Counted from the first letter of the stretch, positions 45,839 to 58,928 are shown. The stretch: 64,000 nt of DNA from an uncultured delta proteobacterium (GCA_963768985.1 CAVYJZ010000004.1:1164944-1228943); one strand, 5' to 3'. A program made the numbers and translations. The notes: generated by a model from the sequence alone, not told the origin.

Positions 45839-47455
45839 CTAGGGCGTTTCCGGGGACGGTCCAGCCGGGATGCGGGGGCGATGATAAAGCCACCAGTTCT
45901 CGAAGTGTGCCACCCGTTGAATCGACCGATCCGAAGCGAAGAGGCTGTCCGGCGAGCGCTCCCGACGCACCAGGAACCAGTCGAAGAAATCACCGTGCTG
46001 ATCGAGCTGGAACTGCTCCGGGGTCCACTCCCACCGGACCGGCGTCGGTGGCGGGACCACTGCGTCCGGGTCCATTGCATCGCGATACCGGAACGGGACG
46101 CCATGGAGCTGCGCAAAGTGGAAGCTGAGCCAGCCGCCGCGCTCGGCCTGCACGTACGCGGGTAGGTGGACGTACGGGCTGTTCCGAGCACGCGAGCCCG
46201 CATGGTCGTACACGAGGTAGAGGAGCTTCGGCGCCTGCGGCAGCTCAGCAATGATCTCGCGAAAGTGCACAGTGGTCGTCGCAAACTCCCGATGAGCCTC
46301 GGCGACGAACTGTGACAGGGGAACGATCCCGATCGCCGTCCAAATCACGAACCCAAGATGGGCCCAGGTCTTGCGGGGCAGGTTGGGCAGGAGCGCCGGC
46401 AGGAGAAAGAGCGCTGCGGTGATCTCGCGCGGAAAGACATACCACCAAACCCCGACCTCCATCGGGAGCGTCAGGTAGAGAGCCAGGAACAAGAGGATCG
46501 CAATGCCTACCACCGCGTGCGCAGGAACCACCCAGCCGCCCCTCGGCCAGGAACGGAGGCGGAGAACGGCGATCGCAAACAGTGCAAGCGCGGTGAGCAA
46601 GAATAGCCAGCCGACGCGCCGGAACATCTCCGTGTCCTCGCTCCCGATGAAGATGTCTGTCGTGTACTGCCCAGCGTCAGACAGGCGATTCCAAGCGGGC
46701 GGCCAGATCCATCGCATCTTGGGAAGCAAGAGGTCCGCACGGGTCAACCACCAGATGACGAAAAGCGCGCTCGCCACGCCGATGGGAATGAACAGCCCCC
46801 GGACACTTTCGACCCGACCGTGCATCACGGCACCGACGAGAACCAGCATCGCGATGGCAAATGGAAATCGGTAGATGTGCGTGAAGAAGAGCAAGATCAA
46901 GACTGCGATCAGTGCGCCCTGAAGCCTGACGCTAGGCCGGTCCACGACGCGGAGGCCCAGGCCAAGAGCCATCGCGAAGAGCCCAAGAGCACCCAAGAAG
47001 CCGATGAAACCCCAATGCGCGAGCACGCCCCAGACGGGGACTAGCCCCCAAAGACCGAGCAGCGGAGACTTTCTCAGACCCCAACAAAGCACCATCAGGC
47101 CAGCTGGCAGGAGCGCCAGCAACAATGCCGCCGCGAGCTTCGTCGCGACCACGGGCGGAAGGACGATCATGAAAATCGCCGATATGGCGTAGAGGGTCAC
47201 GTAGGGAACCGCGAACGGCTGGAACACGAACTGCTCACGGAAATGCCATCCGCCGTCCATGTAGTGACGAAACACCGACGAAGACGCCGCATGAAACGGG
47301 AAGTCTGTCATCATCGGATACTCCGCCGCCCAAAATGGCGCACCGATCGTGTACACGATGGTTGCCGCCGCGCAGATCCACGCGAGCCACAAGAGTGGCG
47401 GTGGACCCGACATCCGAGCAGCCGGCTCTATTCGCCCCCCCGGCATCGGCGCCAC
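45839..47455 (-). CDS. Large polytopic membrane protein (GT-C-like glycosyltransferase fold suspected)
   Basis: 538 aa. About 11 TM helices followed by a roughly 150-aa soluble C-terminal domain. Starts 18 nt after the atpG stop. The function call is speculative. Confidence 0.65.
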   Translation of the reverse strand: MAPMPGGRIEPAARMSGPPPLLWLAWICAAATIVYTIGAPFWAAEYPMMTDFPFHAASSSVFRHYMDGGWHFREQFVFQPFAVPYVTLYAISAIFMIVLPPVVATKLAAALLLALLPAGLMVLCWGLRKSPLLGLWGLVPVWGVLAHWGFIGFLGALGLFAMALGLGLRVVDRPSVRLQGALIAVLILLFFTHIYRFPFAIAMLVLVGAVMHGRVESVRGLFIPIGVASALFVIWWLTRADLLLPKMRWIWPPAWNRLSDAGQYTTDIFIGSEDTEMFRRVGWLFLLTALALFAIAVLRLRSWPRGGWVVPAHAVVGIAILLFLALYLTLPMEVGVWWYVFPREITAALFLLPALLPNLPRKTWAHLGFVIWTAIGIVPLSQFVAEAHREFATTTVHFREIIAELPQAPKLLYLVYDHAGSRARNSPYVHLPAYVQAERGGWLSFHFAQLHGVPFRYRDAMDPDAVVPPPTPVRWEWTPEQFQLDQHGDFFDWFLVRRERSPDSLFASDRSIQRVAHFENWWLYHRPRIPAGPSPETP

Positions 47456-47473
47456 CGTATCACGGAACTGCGC

Positions 47474-48343
47474 TCAAGCCTTGAGAGCTTCAGCGCCGCC
47501 GATGATCTCCATCAGTTCCTTGGTGATGGCGGCCTGGCGAGCCCGATTGTACTGTAGGGTCAAGCGGTCGATCATGTCACTCGCATTATTGGTCGCGGAG
47601 TCCATGGCGGTCATTCGTGCGCCATGCTCGGAAGCGACGGACTCGAGAAGAGCTCGGTAAATCTCGACTTCGACGTACATCGGCAGCAACGTATCCAGGA
47701 GCGCTTTTTGGTTCGGCTCGTAGATGAAGTCACCAAGCTGATCGACAGCCAACTCTAGCGGCTTGATCGGCAAGAAAGGTTCGATCACGACCTGCTGAGT
47801 CATGGCGCTCTTGAACTCGTTGTACACCAAGTAACAGGCATCGAGATCGAGTGAGGTGTAGTCTTCGACGATGTAGCGCCCAATCTCGCCCGCCTTGTCG
47901 GCGTTCAAGTCCTCGAAGACGCCCAAGAAGTCGTGGCGGATGATTGCGTTGCGCCGATTGAAGTAGTCGCGGCCCTTTCGACCGATGATACCGAAGCAAA
48001 CCTCACTGCCCTCTGCCTCCAGCTTCTTCCAGCGGTTGAACGCCGCCTTACAGATATTGGAGTTGAACGCACCGGCTAGGCCGCGGTCACTCGTCAGAAC
48101 CACGAGCATCACGTTCTTGGGTTCGCGCCGGGCGAGCAACGGATGAACGTCTTCCTCGGCCCCCACACGAGCCGCCACGCCGCTCAGCACCTCATGGGTC
48201 TTGACGGCGTAGGGACGAAGGCGCTCGATGTTCTCCTGCGCCTTCCGCAGTCGGGCACCCGCAACGAGCTTCATGGCACGGGTGATCTTCTGCGTGCTCT
48301 TGACGCTTCCGATGCGCTTTCGAATGTCCTTGAGGGTAGCCAT
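47474..48343 (-). CDS. atpG: F1 ATP synthase gamma subunit
   Basis: 289 aa, MATLKDIRKRIGSVKSTQKITRAMKLVAGARL... ending ITKELMEIIGGAEALKA. Confidence 0.97.
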   Translation of the reverse strand: MATLKDIRKRIGSVKSTQKITRAMKLVAGARLRKAQENIERLRPYAVKTHEVLSGVAARVGAEEDVHPLLARREPKNVMLVVLTSDRGLAGAFNSNICKAAFNRWKKLEAEGSEVCFGIIGRKGRDYFNRRNAIIRHDFLGVFEDLNADKAGEIGRYIVEDYTSLDLDACYLVYNEFKSAMTQQVVIEPFLPIKPLELAVDQLGDFIYEPNQKALLDTLLPMYVEVEIYRALLESVASEHGARMTAMDSATNNASDMIDRLTLQYNRARQAAITKELMEIIGGAEALKA

Positions 48344-48349
48344 GGACGC

Positions 48350-50002
<1,653 letters not shown>

Positions 50003-50028
50003 TTGGCAAGGCTCCTGATTCGATGCGG

Positions 50029-50577
50029 TTACGGCGTCTCGCCGTTCGCAAGCAACGTTTCCCTAAGATCGCTCAGCCGATTGCGGAGGCTACCGTCGAA
50101 AACACGGTCGCCCACGCGCGTGACCACGCCACCGATGAGCGAAGGATCTTCTCTCTTGACGAGTACGACCTCGCGGTCGGTCACTCGCTGGAGTTTTTCT
50201 TCAAGCTGGGAGTAATACGCCTCGCTCAATGGCTTGGCGCTCACGACCTCGACGCGAACGCGACCGGTCTCTGCTTCCGCAACCGATTCGAGCGCGTGAA
50301 GCACATCTTCCAAGTGCCCGAGCCGACCCTTGTCCGCAAGCAAATTCACGGCATTTTGGACCAGCTTCGAGCAACCGAGCTTCTCCATCAACGCGCTGAC
50401 GGACGCCTTCAATGCAGGTTTGGGGATGACGGGATTGCCGACGATCTCGCGGAGCTCCGCGCTAGCTTTCCACGCGTCGGAGAGCGCACCGACATCTCGG
50501 AGAACCTGGTCGACCTGGCCGTTCTCGCGGGCAAGCTCCAACAGAGCCTTCGCATAGCGTCGGCCGAGCGCGCTCAT
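50029..50577 (-). CDS. atpH: F1 ATP synthase delta subunit (OSCP)
   Basis: 182 aa, [19 protein letters not shown]... with [20 protein letters not shown] at the C-terminus. Confidence 0.93.
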   Translation of the reverse strand: MSALGRRYAKALLELARENGQVDQVLRDVGALSDAWKASAELREIVGNPVIPKPALKASVSALMEKLGCSKLVQNAVNLLADKGRLGHLEDVLHALESVAEAETGRVRVEVVSAKPLSEAYYSQLEEKLQRVTDREVVLVKREDPSLIGGVVTRVGDRVFDGSLRNRLSDLRETLLANGETP

Positions 50578-51227
50578 GATTGTCGCTCCTCGAAAACTTC
50601 ATCGAGACGTTTGAGGTAAGCCTGCGCAAGCTGATCGTGATCTGCGTCCGTCGTCCGCTCTCGGAGGAGCTCCTCTGCGGCGACAACCGCAGCATTGGCG
50701 GCCTCGTGAAGGAGCTCTTTGCGAAGTTGCTTCATCTGCTGCTCGATGAGGAAGCTCGTATCCTTGCGGATGCGAGCGGCCTTCTCTTCAGCCTGCGCGA
50801 CGATGCGATCACGCTCCGCCTCGCCCGCCTTGATCATCTCGCCGCGGATCTGAACCATCTCGTGATCGAGCTTCTGCAGCCGATTCGCGGTTCCGAGGTG
50901 GCGCCTCTCGGCCTCGGCACGAAGCCGCCTGGCTTCCTCGAGCTCTTTTTCGACCTCGGCACGACGGGCTGCGAGGGCTGGATTTCCCTTCTTTCGAATG
51001 ACCCAGACGAGCAAGCCAACCAAGACTATGAAGTTGACGAGCGTGCCTTGGAACTCTCTACTCGCAAGCAACGACCCCAGGTTGAGATCGCCGGGCTCGC
51101 CCCCGTGGCCTGACTCTTGGACGGCGGCCTCGTGAGCCGCGCTCTCGTCCTGGCTGGCCTCGGCGGACATCAAAGCTGGCGAGGCCAAGACCATCGCAAG
51201 AATCACGGTCGAAACCACACGCATCAC
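50574..51227 (-). CDS. atpF: Fo ATP synthase subunit b (with N-terminal extension)
   Basis: 217 aa. TM helix LVNFIVLVGLLVWVI followed by a long charged helix. An extra approx. 50-aa N-terminal signal-like segment is present. Confidence 0.85.
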   Translation of the reverse strand: MMRVVSTVILAMVLASPALMSAEASQDESAAHEAAVQESGHGGEPGDLNLGSLLASREFQGTLVNFIVLVGLLVWVIRKKGNPALAARRAEVEKELEEARRLRAEAERRHLGTANRLQKLDHEMVQIRGEMIKAGEAERDRIVAQAEEKAARIRKDTSFLIEQQMKQLRKELLHEAANAAVVAAEELLRERTTDADHDQLAQAYLKRLDEVFEERQS

Positions 51228-51691
51228 TGAACCTCCCGATTCAGCATTTTCGATGCGATTTGCCGCGCCAGCGCTGGTATGCTCCGCTCGATGTCCGCCC
51301 TGAGCTTCGCCACTTCAGCCTCGAGCTTCGAGTCGGCCTCGGTCAACTGCCTGTCAGTGTCCCGGTGAACTTGATCGAGCACCGTGCGTTCGAGACGCTT
51401 GCCCTCGGCCCGCAGGCGATCTCGCTCCTCGCCAGCCTGGAGACGAAGTTTGCGCATTGCGACCTCGAACTCTTCGCTTTCGGCCGACGCCTCATCCTGC
51501 AGGCGAAGCGCCTCTAGCTTCGCGCCCTCGATGGCGTGCTCCCGCGCCTCGAATAGGGCGATCATCGGTCGAAAGATCAGCGGACGAAACACCAAAAACG
51601 CAACCGCGAACAGCCCGAGCTGGATCCAGATCGTGCCGTCGAGGTCGATGATGGAGCCCTCAGACAAAAGGGCGGTGAAAAGCACGTTCAT
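51224..51691 (-). CDS. Fo ATP synthase subunit b'
   Basis: 155 aa. TM helix IWIQLGLFAVAFLVF followed by a charged helix. ATGA overlap with atpF. Confidence 0.8.
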   Translation of the reverse strand: MNVLFTALLSEGSIIDLDGTIWIQLGLFAVAFLVFRPLIFRPMIALFEAREHAIEGAKLEALRLQDEASAESEEFEVAMRKLRLQAGEERDRLRAEGKRLERTVLDQVHRDTDRQLTEADSKLEAEVAKLRADIERSIPALARQIASKMLNREVQ

Positions 51692-51858
51692 CGCAGCGGT
51701 ATTCCCGGTCTGGCCCAGAGCTAGCCGAAGGACAGAAACTCCAAACGGCGCTTGGGGCCGAATCGCAACTACGGCAAGGAGAAATCCTTAGCGGCGCGCG
51801 TTCGTAGCATGGGGCCCAACTCCGTCAAGGTCGGCCAAGCCCGGTGATCGATCAGGGC

Positions 51859-52458
51859 TCAGGACGATCCCCGAGGCCCCTCGAACAAACGGGCACGAAG
51901 GGCCCGGACGGTTTTCCCAGCGGCGCGCTCGTTCTCGCGACTGAAGATCGACGAGGGCAGGGGCATGTCTGGATCCACGTAGAGCTTGAACTCCACCATC
52001 GTCCGCGCCCCACCGTCGATCGGGGTGAGGGTCCAACTCGCATTGAAGGCGTCGATGTTGCCTTCCATCAGGTGCGCTTCGACTACGCGTGAGTCATCGT
52101 CTCGCGGACTCTCGGCGAGGTTGAGCTGACCCCAAAGCGTCAAAGTGCCCTTTGCGACGCTCACCTCCATGTAGACCATCGCGCGACTCCCCCGTTGTGC
52201 CAGCACTTTCGATTTCTTGAAATTGGGCATGAATTGCGCGTAGTTGGCATAGTCGAGGACGATGGGGAGAACCTCATTCATCGGCCTGTCCAAGATCAGA
52301 ACGGCCCGGCCCCACGCGATCTCGGAGCCTTCCTCCGCAAGCTGCGCGGTGAAAACCTCCGCGTTTTCGGGGTCTTCCTCGGCGGCTGCGACCGGACTCC
52401 CGGGCCACGCTGCGATGAACGCGGTGGTGAGGATTGCCGAGAATGCTGTCTTTTTCAT
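51859..52458 (-). CDS. Secreted SRPBCC/START-like lipid-binding family protein (hypothetical)
   Basis: 199 aa with signal peptide MKKTAFSAILTTAFIAAWPGSPVAA. Beta-rich body. The fold call is tentative. Confidence 0.6.
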   Translation of the reverse strand: MKKTAFSAILTTAFIAAWPGSPVAAAEEDPENAEVFTAQLAEEGSEIAWGRAVLILDRPMNEVLPIVLDYANYAQFMPNFKKSKVLAQRGSRAMVYMEVSVAKGTLTLWGQLNLAESPRDDDSRVVEAHLMEGNIDAFNASWTLTPIDGGARTMVEFKLYVDPDMPLPSSIFSRENERAAGKTVRALRARLFEGPRGSS

Positions 52459-52500
52459 GGCTCTCTTTCTCTTTCCGCCACTTGGTACGACGCCTACAAT

Positions 52501-52517
52501 GGTGACGTTACGTCACC
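52501..52517. promoter_or_regulatory. Perfect 17-bp palindrome GGTGACGTTACGTCACC in a divergent promoter region
   Basis: 8-bp arms around a single central T. It lies 43 nt from the ATG of the minus-strand 51859..52458 gene and 100 nt from the plus-strand 52617 gene. A CCCCC-N10-GGGGGG hairpin follows at 52527-52547. Confidence 0.35.
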
Positions 52518-52616
52518 TTGGCTAGTCCCCCTATCCGAAATGGGGGGCTTGGCCCGTCTTGCTGCTGGCTCGGTACCCAAATCAATGCGCCTCCCATGGA
52601 CGGCTTGCTAGCTTGA

Positions 52617-53489
52617 ATGGGAATGCGCGAGACGGTGCGAGTGTGCGTTTTTGCTATGCTTTTCCTTGGGACGGCCGCGCCGATCGGCGTCCGAGCCCAG
52701 GATCGAACAGGCCCAGATGCGGGAGACCCCTCCGAGACCCCTGCAAGAGCGCAGGATGGAGCTCCGAAACTGCCGGTTCTGGTCTTACTGCTCGGGGGCG
52801 GTGCCCGATTCAGGAACATTCGACTCGAGGTTGGTAACCGCAGCGGCGGAACCGAGCAGCGGTCGTTCGACACCGGTGCCTACTTCGCGTTTGGCTGGCA
52901 TGTCCTCGTACGTCCCATGGCCCGCCGGGTCGCCAAACCAAGCGTCCAGGCGATCGTGTTCCAAATCGACGGCACCTCAGGCATCGGTCTGAACGTCGAG
53001 CCGGTGGGAACGGGCATTTCGTTGCAAACCAACACCTGGGGGCTCCTCGGACAGTTTGGCTATCTGTATCCGATCGACCGCCTGCAGGTCGGCGGTCTCG
53101 TCGGTGTCGGTGGTGACGTGCTTCGGATCGATCTGAACTCCGTGCTCCCGTCATCGACGATCGTCTATGCCCGAGTCGGACCGGCGGTGGCGTACGACAT
53201 CGTGCCGAGCACCCTCTTCTTTCGCGCGGACGTCGGCCTTCGGATTCCGTTCGTTCTCGATCAGCTCGACGAGGCGTTTGGCCGCGACAGCTCGGGGATC
53301 GGCCTGGATGCAGCGGCCACCCTGGGCGGAAGGCTGGACCGAGGCTTCACGTACGCGCTCCGCTTCGTCTGGACGTACTACCATCTCCAATTCTCGGGTC
53401 CCACGATGAACGTCCCCGCGATGGGCGACGGTGGCAGCGGTAAGGACAACGCGCTCAGCCTTCAGCTTCTGCTCGGCTGGTCCTTGTAG
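52617..53489 (+). CDS. Putative outer-membrane beta-barrel protein
   Basis: 290 aa with signal peptide VCVFAMLFLGTAAPIGVRAQ. Alternating hydrophobic beta-strand pattern throughout, ending LSLQLLLGWSL. Confidence 0.6.
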   Translation: MGMRETVRVCVFAMLFLGTAAPIGVRAQDRTGPDAGDPSETPARAQDGAPKLPVLVLLLGGGARFRNIRLEVGNRSGGTEQRSFDTGAYFAFGWHVLVRPMARRVAKPSVQAIVFQIDGTSGIGLNVEPVGTGISLQTNTWGLLGQFGYLYPIDRLQVGGLVGVGGDVLRIDLNSVLPSSTIVYARVGPAVAYDIVPSTLFFRADVGLRIPFVLDQLDEAFGRDSSGIGLDAAATLGGRLDRGFTYALRFVWTYYHLQFSGPTMNVPAMGDGGSGKDNALSLQLLLGWSL

Positions 53490-53935
53490 CCATCGGGAGA
53501 AGTGTCCTCGGCGGAGCGTGCCGGAAGAGGCGAGTCATCGAGCTCGTGAACCTCCCCCATGATGCAAGAGCCATCGAAATGAACCCCCTTTTCCATGAAA
53601 AGCAACGGGGTTCGGATGTCCCCGCGCACGTGCGCTGGCGCATGCAGCTCGACGAGATCGGTCGCCTGGACATCACCTTCGACCTTGCCACCCCGGACGA
53701 TGAGAGCCTGCACCGAAATGACGCCCTTGACCGTCGCCTCGTCCCCGACGATCAGCAAGCCGTCACTATAAATCTCGCCTGCGAACTCGCCGTCGATCCG
53801 GGCTCTGCCCTCGAAAAAGAGCTTCCCTTCGTATCGGGCTCCGGCGCCCAGAAGCACGTGGATGACTGAGTCCTGGTCCTGCATCGCCGAATGGAGGGTA
53901 GAAAGCGAGGACCAGGGGGTCAATCGAACGTACAC
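53462..53935 (-). CDS. Bactofilin (polymer-forming cytoskeletal protein)
   Basis: 157 aa. Bactofilin beta-helix repeats (GKLFFEGRARIDGEFAGEIYSDGLLIVGDEATVKGVISVQALIVRGGKVEGDVQA). The start may be ATG 53884 (MQDQDS). Confidence 0.85.
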   Translation of the reverse strand: MYVRLTPWSSLSTLHSAMQDQDSVIHVLLGAGARYEGKLFFEGRARIDGEFAGEIYSDGLLIVGDEATVKGVISVQALIVRGGKVEGDVQATDLVELHAPAHVRGDIRTPLLFMEKGVHFDGSCIMGEVHELDDSPLPARSAEDTSPDGYKDQPSRS

Positions 53936-53998
53936 GGGGCCTTGCCGCGCATCGGCATGACCCTAGTTCGTCGTGGCTGGCGTCGTTGACCGCCCTGA

Positions 53999-55513
<1,515 letters not shown>

Positions 55514-55525
55514 TTGGGCAGCACG

Positions 55526-55954
55526 ATGGCCAACTCCGAGCACCTGCAACTCGACGTCGTCACACCGAGCGGTTCCGTCCTTTCGATCCAGGTCGATTCC
55601 GTGCAGGCGCCCAGCGTCAAAGGAGAGTTCGGCGTCCTTCCGAACCACCTTCCATTGTTGGCGGCACTCAAATGCGGGCTCCTGGTCTGGGAGGTCGATG
55701 GAAAGCGAAACATCGCTGCGATAGGCCCCGGTTTCGTCGAAGGTGGCCCCGACAAGGTGCTCTTGCTGACCAATCTCTTCGCATCGCCGGCAGAGGTCAA
55801 GCCCGACGTGGTACGGGATGAGCTGGCAAAAGCCGAAGAAGCGCTCAAGGCCTTCGGCGAGCTCTACGAAGGGCCGGAATACAACGAGCTGCAGCGGGAT
55901 GTCGATTGGGCGCACGCGCGCCTCGAAGCGTACGCTGCTTCACGCGCGGTCTAG
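55526..55954 (+). CDS. atpC: F1 ATP synthase epsilon subunit
   Basis: MANSEHLQLDVVTPSGSVLSIQVDSVQAPSVKGEFGVLPNHLPLL.... Directly follows atpD. Confidence 0.9.
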   Translation: MANSEHLQLDVVTPSGSVLSIQVDSVQAPSVKGEFGVLPNHLPLLAALKCGLLVWEVDGKRNIAAIGPGFVEGGPDKVLLLTNLFASPAEVKPDVVRDELAKAEEALKAFGELYEGPEYNELQRDVDWAHARLEAYAASRAV

Positions 55955-56697
55955 TCCCCCACGGTTTCAGCCGGCGCTGCGTCTGCCATCCAGATCTCCA
56001 GCGCGGCGCTCGCAGCGTCCTGCTCTGCATCGATCTTCGAGCGGCCCTTCCCGGCGGCCACGGCTTCGTCGTGGAGCTCGAGCGCGACCGTGAACTCTCG
56101 CTCGTGATCGGGGCCATCGGTTCCAATTAGTCGGTAGCTGGGTGTTCCGCCGAGATGCGCTTGTGCCCATTCCTGTGCACGTGATTTCGCGTCCCGATGC
56201 CCAGGTGCGCTGGTGTGCAAGCGAGGCTCGAAGATCCGGCGGGACGCTGCAAAAGCCGCGTCCGCTCCACCATCGACGAAAATGGCTCCGATACAGGCTT
56301 CGAGGGCGCTTGCGAGCAGTCTCGGCTTGGAGCTCCCGCCCGACTTGTGCTCTCCTTTCCCGAGCCGCATTGCCTGGCCAACCCCGATCGCCTCCGCGGC
56401 TTCGGAAAGACCTTTCTCACTCACCAAATCGGCCCGCCGCCGCGTGAGCTCGCCTTCGTCCGCATCGGAAAACTGAACGTAGATGAGCGATGCCGCGACC
56501 AGTCCGACCACCGCATCGCCGAGAAACTCGAGGCGCTCGTTATCGGTCGAGGCGAGATCGGGTCGCTCGTTCTTGAACGAGCGATGGGTCAGCGCATCGA
56601 ACAACAGGCCTGTGTTTGTAAAGGAATAGCCAAGCTCTTCGCATAGACGAACGACCGCCTCGTCGAGTGGCTCATCCCGATTGGACATTGGTCGCAA
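55951..56697 (-). CDS. rnc: Ribonuclease III
   Basis: 248 aa. Signature ERLEFLGDAV and a C-terminal dsRBD. Confidence 0.94.
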   Translation of the reverse strand: MRPMSNRDEPLDEAVVRLCEELGYSFTNTGLLFDALTHRSFKNERPDLASTDNERLEFLGDAVVGLVAASLIYVQFSDADEGELTRRRADLVSEKGLSEAAEAIGVGQAMRLGKGEHKSGGSSKPRLLASALEACIGAIFVDGGADAAFAASRRIFEPRLHTSAPGHRDAKSRAQEWAQAHLGGTPSYRLIGTDGPDHEREFTVALELHDEAVAAGKGRSKIDAEQDAASAALEIWMADAAPAETVGD

Positions 56698-56755
56698 CTT
56701 ACCAGCTGCTTCGCGGCGAATCCATCGTCAAGCGGCATCGTGCTATACGCGCGAC

Positions 56756-57301
56756 GTGGAGTTCCCCCCCGAAGAGTTGGAGACGACGCGGCTCGTGCTG
56801 CGGCGCCCGACTGTCGAGGATGCCGAAGCAGCGTTCGCATCGTATGCGAGTGATCCGAAGATCACGCGATACCTCACCTGGAACGCACACACGAGCGCTA
56901 AACAGACACGGGAGTACTTCAAACAGACGATCGACGCCTGGGACCTCCGGATGGGTCACCGGGTATGGCTCATCCAACGCAAGGCCGATGCCGTGATCAT
57001 GGGCACGATCGGCTGCACTGTGCATTTTCACCGTGTGGAGATTGGATTCGCACTAGGAAGTGGGTTTTGGGGCCAGGGTTACATGCCCGAAGCGCTCGAG
57101 CGGGTCTGCGAGGCCGCGTTTGAAGATCGACGGATCGAGCGCATCCAGGCACTGTGCGACGAAGAGAACACTCAATCCTCCCGGGTCATGGAGAAGGTGG
57201 GAATGCAGCTCGAAGGACGACTGCGCCGGTATGGATATCATCCCAACCGCTCCATTCGCCCACGAGACTGCTTGATGTACGCATTGATCCGCATCGATTG
57301 A
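56756..57301 (+). CDS. GNAT family N-acetyltransferase (RimJ/RimL-like)
   Basis: ORF 56681..57301. The likely start is GTG 56756 (VEFPPEELETTRLVLRRPT), because the longer ORF overlaps the divergent rnc start. Contains GFALGSGFWGQGYMPEAL. Confidence 0.8.
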   Translation: MEFPPEELETTRLVLRRPTVEDAEAAFASYASDPKITRYLTWNAHTSAKQTREYFKQTIDAWDLRMGHRVWLIQRKADAVIMGTIGCTVHFHRVEIGFALGSGFWGQGYMPEALERVCEAAFEDRRIERIQALCDEENTQSSRVMEKVGMQLEGRLRRYGYHPNRSIRPRDCLMYALIRID

Positions 57302-57335
57302 ATCGCTGATCGGAGCGGCTACACTCGGCCCCGCG

Positions 57336-58244
57336 ATGCGCCTGCTCACGACCCTACCCGACCAGAATGTCGCCAAGACCCTGCGCGACGCGCTCTACGC
57401 CGACGGAGTCGCCACCACGCTCAAGGAGACGCGTGAGGGCTCATTTGCCGTTTGGGTTCACGACGAGGAGCAACTCGAGCAAGCGCGCACCTTTTTGAGT
57501 GCGTTCGATCCGCGCGCAGACCACTTTGCCGAGATGGCCCGCAAGGCCCGGGCTCAGCGCCGCGAAGAAGCCAAGGCGGACGAACAACTGAGAGCTCGCA
57601 CGGAGAAGATTCGTCAGCGGATTGAGGCAAAGCAGAACATGCGCATTGGATCGTTGACCGGGGGGTTGATGGCGATCTGTGTCGCAGTGTTCATCTTGAC
57701 CAACAGGGGCCAGGACACGAACGTCGTGGCGTACTTGACTTTTACGCCCCTCGTGCCCATCGGAGGCCGATTTGCTTTCGGTGATGTGAGCGCAATCTGG
57801 CACGGGCAACCGTGGCGACTGTTCACGCCGATGTTCCTGCACTTCGGCTTCATGCATATTTTCTTCAACTTGTGGTGGCTGAAGGATCTCGGCACCGCGC
57901 TCGAACGGGTGTTCTCTGCGCGCTACTTGCTGGTCTTCGTCTTGGTGACCGCTGCGTTCTCGCACGCGCTCGAATACGCGATGTCCGGTCCGACGAAGTT
58001 CGGTGGTATGTCTGGAGTGGTCTACGGCCTGTTTGTTTTCATTTGGATCCGAGGCCGGCTGGACGCGAGCTTCCCTTACCGAATTCCGCAGCAACTTGTA
58101 ACCTTCATGTTGATTTGGTTGGGCCTCGGCTTCACCGGTTGGGTCGGTCCGATAGCCAACTGGGTGCATACCGGGGGACTGATCGTCGGCGCTGTGTGGG
58201 GCCTGCTTTCCTCGGGATATTTGCAGCGGAAGCTCGGCCGTTAG
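57336..58244 (+). CDS. Rhomboid family intramembrane serine protease (GlpG-like)
   Basis: 302 aa with a cytoplasmic N-domain and 6 TM helices. Catalytic GMSGVVYGL and the downstream His in HTGGLIVGA. Confidence 0.88.
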   Translation: MRLLTTLPDQNVAKTLRDALYADGVATTLKETREGSFAVWVHDEEQLEQARTFLSAFDPRADHFAEMARKARAQRREEAKADEQLRARTEKIRQRIEAKQNMRIGSLTGGLMAICVAVFILTNRGQDTNVVAYLTFTPLVPIGGRFAFGDVSAIWHGQPWRLFTPMFLHFGFMHIFFNLWWLKDLGTALERVFSARYLLVFVLVTAAFSHALEYAMSGPTKFGGMSGVVYGLFVFIWIRGRLDASFPYRIPQQLVTFMLIWLGLGFTGWVGPIANWVHTGGLIVGAVWGLLSSGYLQRKLGR

Positions 58245-58289
58245 GCCGGCTTACGACCACAAAATCCGAGATCTCGCGCGGGGAGACGT

Positions 58290-58928
58290 CTAGAGAAGCG
58301 GTAGGATCGCCGCGTAGGTGCGATTCCGATCCTCACGGATGTCATCCAGGATTCGCTGGATTTTCGCCCTGCCTTCGCGCTCGATCAAGCGCTCATTGTG
58401 AGCGAGGACCGAGGCGGCAACGGTCCGTGGGGGTTTACCTGCCTCTAGCGCGCGAAGGTCCAGATTGAAGATGTCCGTGTAGTGCGGCGGGTCTTGAGCC
58501 CGAATCTCTTCCAGGCGGGTTCGGCGGACGAGCTGGACGGTTGGATCAGGAGTTTGGCGCAAGAAGTGAATGGAGCCCGCAGAGTCAGGGACACCCGGAT
58601 GGAACGACGCCGTGAGGAAGACATCCTTCTGCTGCTCGCCGATCGCCGCCGCCCAGTCCGAAAAGGCGACGGCGCCGGCGGTGAAGCGAGGCGCGATGAC
58701 GAAGGCGACGTCAGCCGTTTCGTCAGCAGCCCATGCGGCCACGACAGACGCCAGGCCCTTGGCGCTGCAGGATGCTTCGGTGACGACGTGTGCTCGGGTC
58801 CGTCCCTCGGAACGCGCAGGCCTCGCCCAAGGGCAAACCGAAAAGCGCTCGATGAGCTCGTGGTGGTAACGCTCGTGAAGCCGGAGCGCTTCGCAGCGCA
58901 GGACCTCGCGCGGATTCATCGGTTTCAA
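58290..58928 (-). CDS. Conserved-looking hypothetical protein
   Basis: 212 aa, good GC3 bias, ATGA overlap with the upstream Nudix gene. No motif recognised. Confidence 0.6.
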   Translation of the reverse strand: MKPMNPREVLRCEALRLHERYHHELIERFSVCPWARPARSEGRTRAHVVTEASCSAKGLASVVAAWAADETADVAFVIAPRFTAGAVAFSDWAAAIGEQQKDVFLTASFHPGVPDSAGSIHFLRQTPDPTVQLVRRTRLEEIRAQDPPHYTDIFNLDLRALEAGKPPRTVAASVLAHNERLIEREGRAKIQRILDDIREDRNRTYAAILPLL

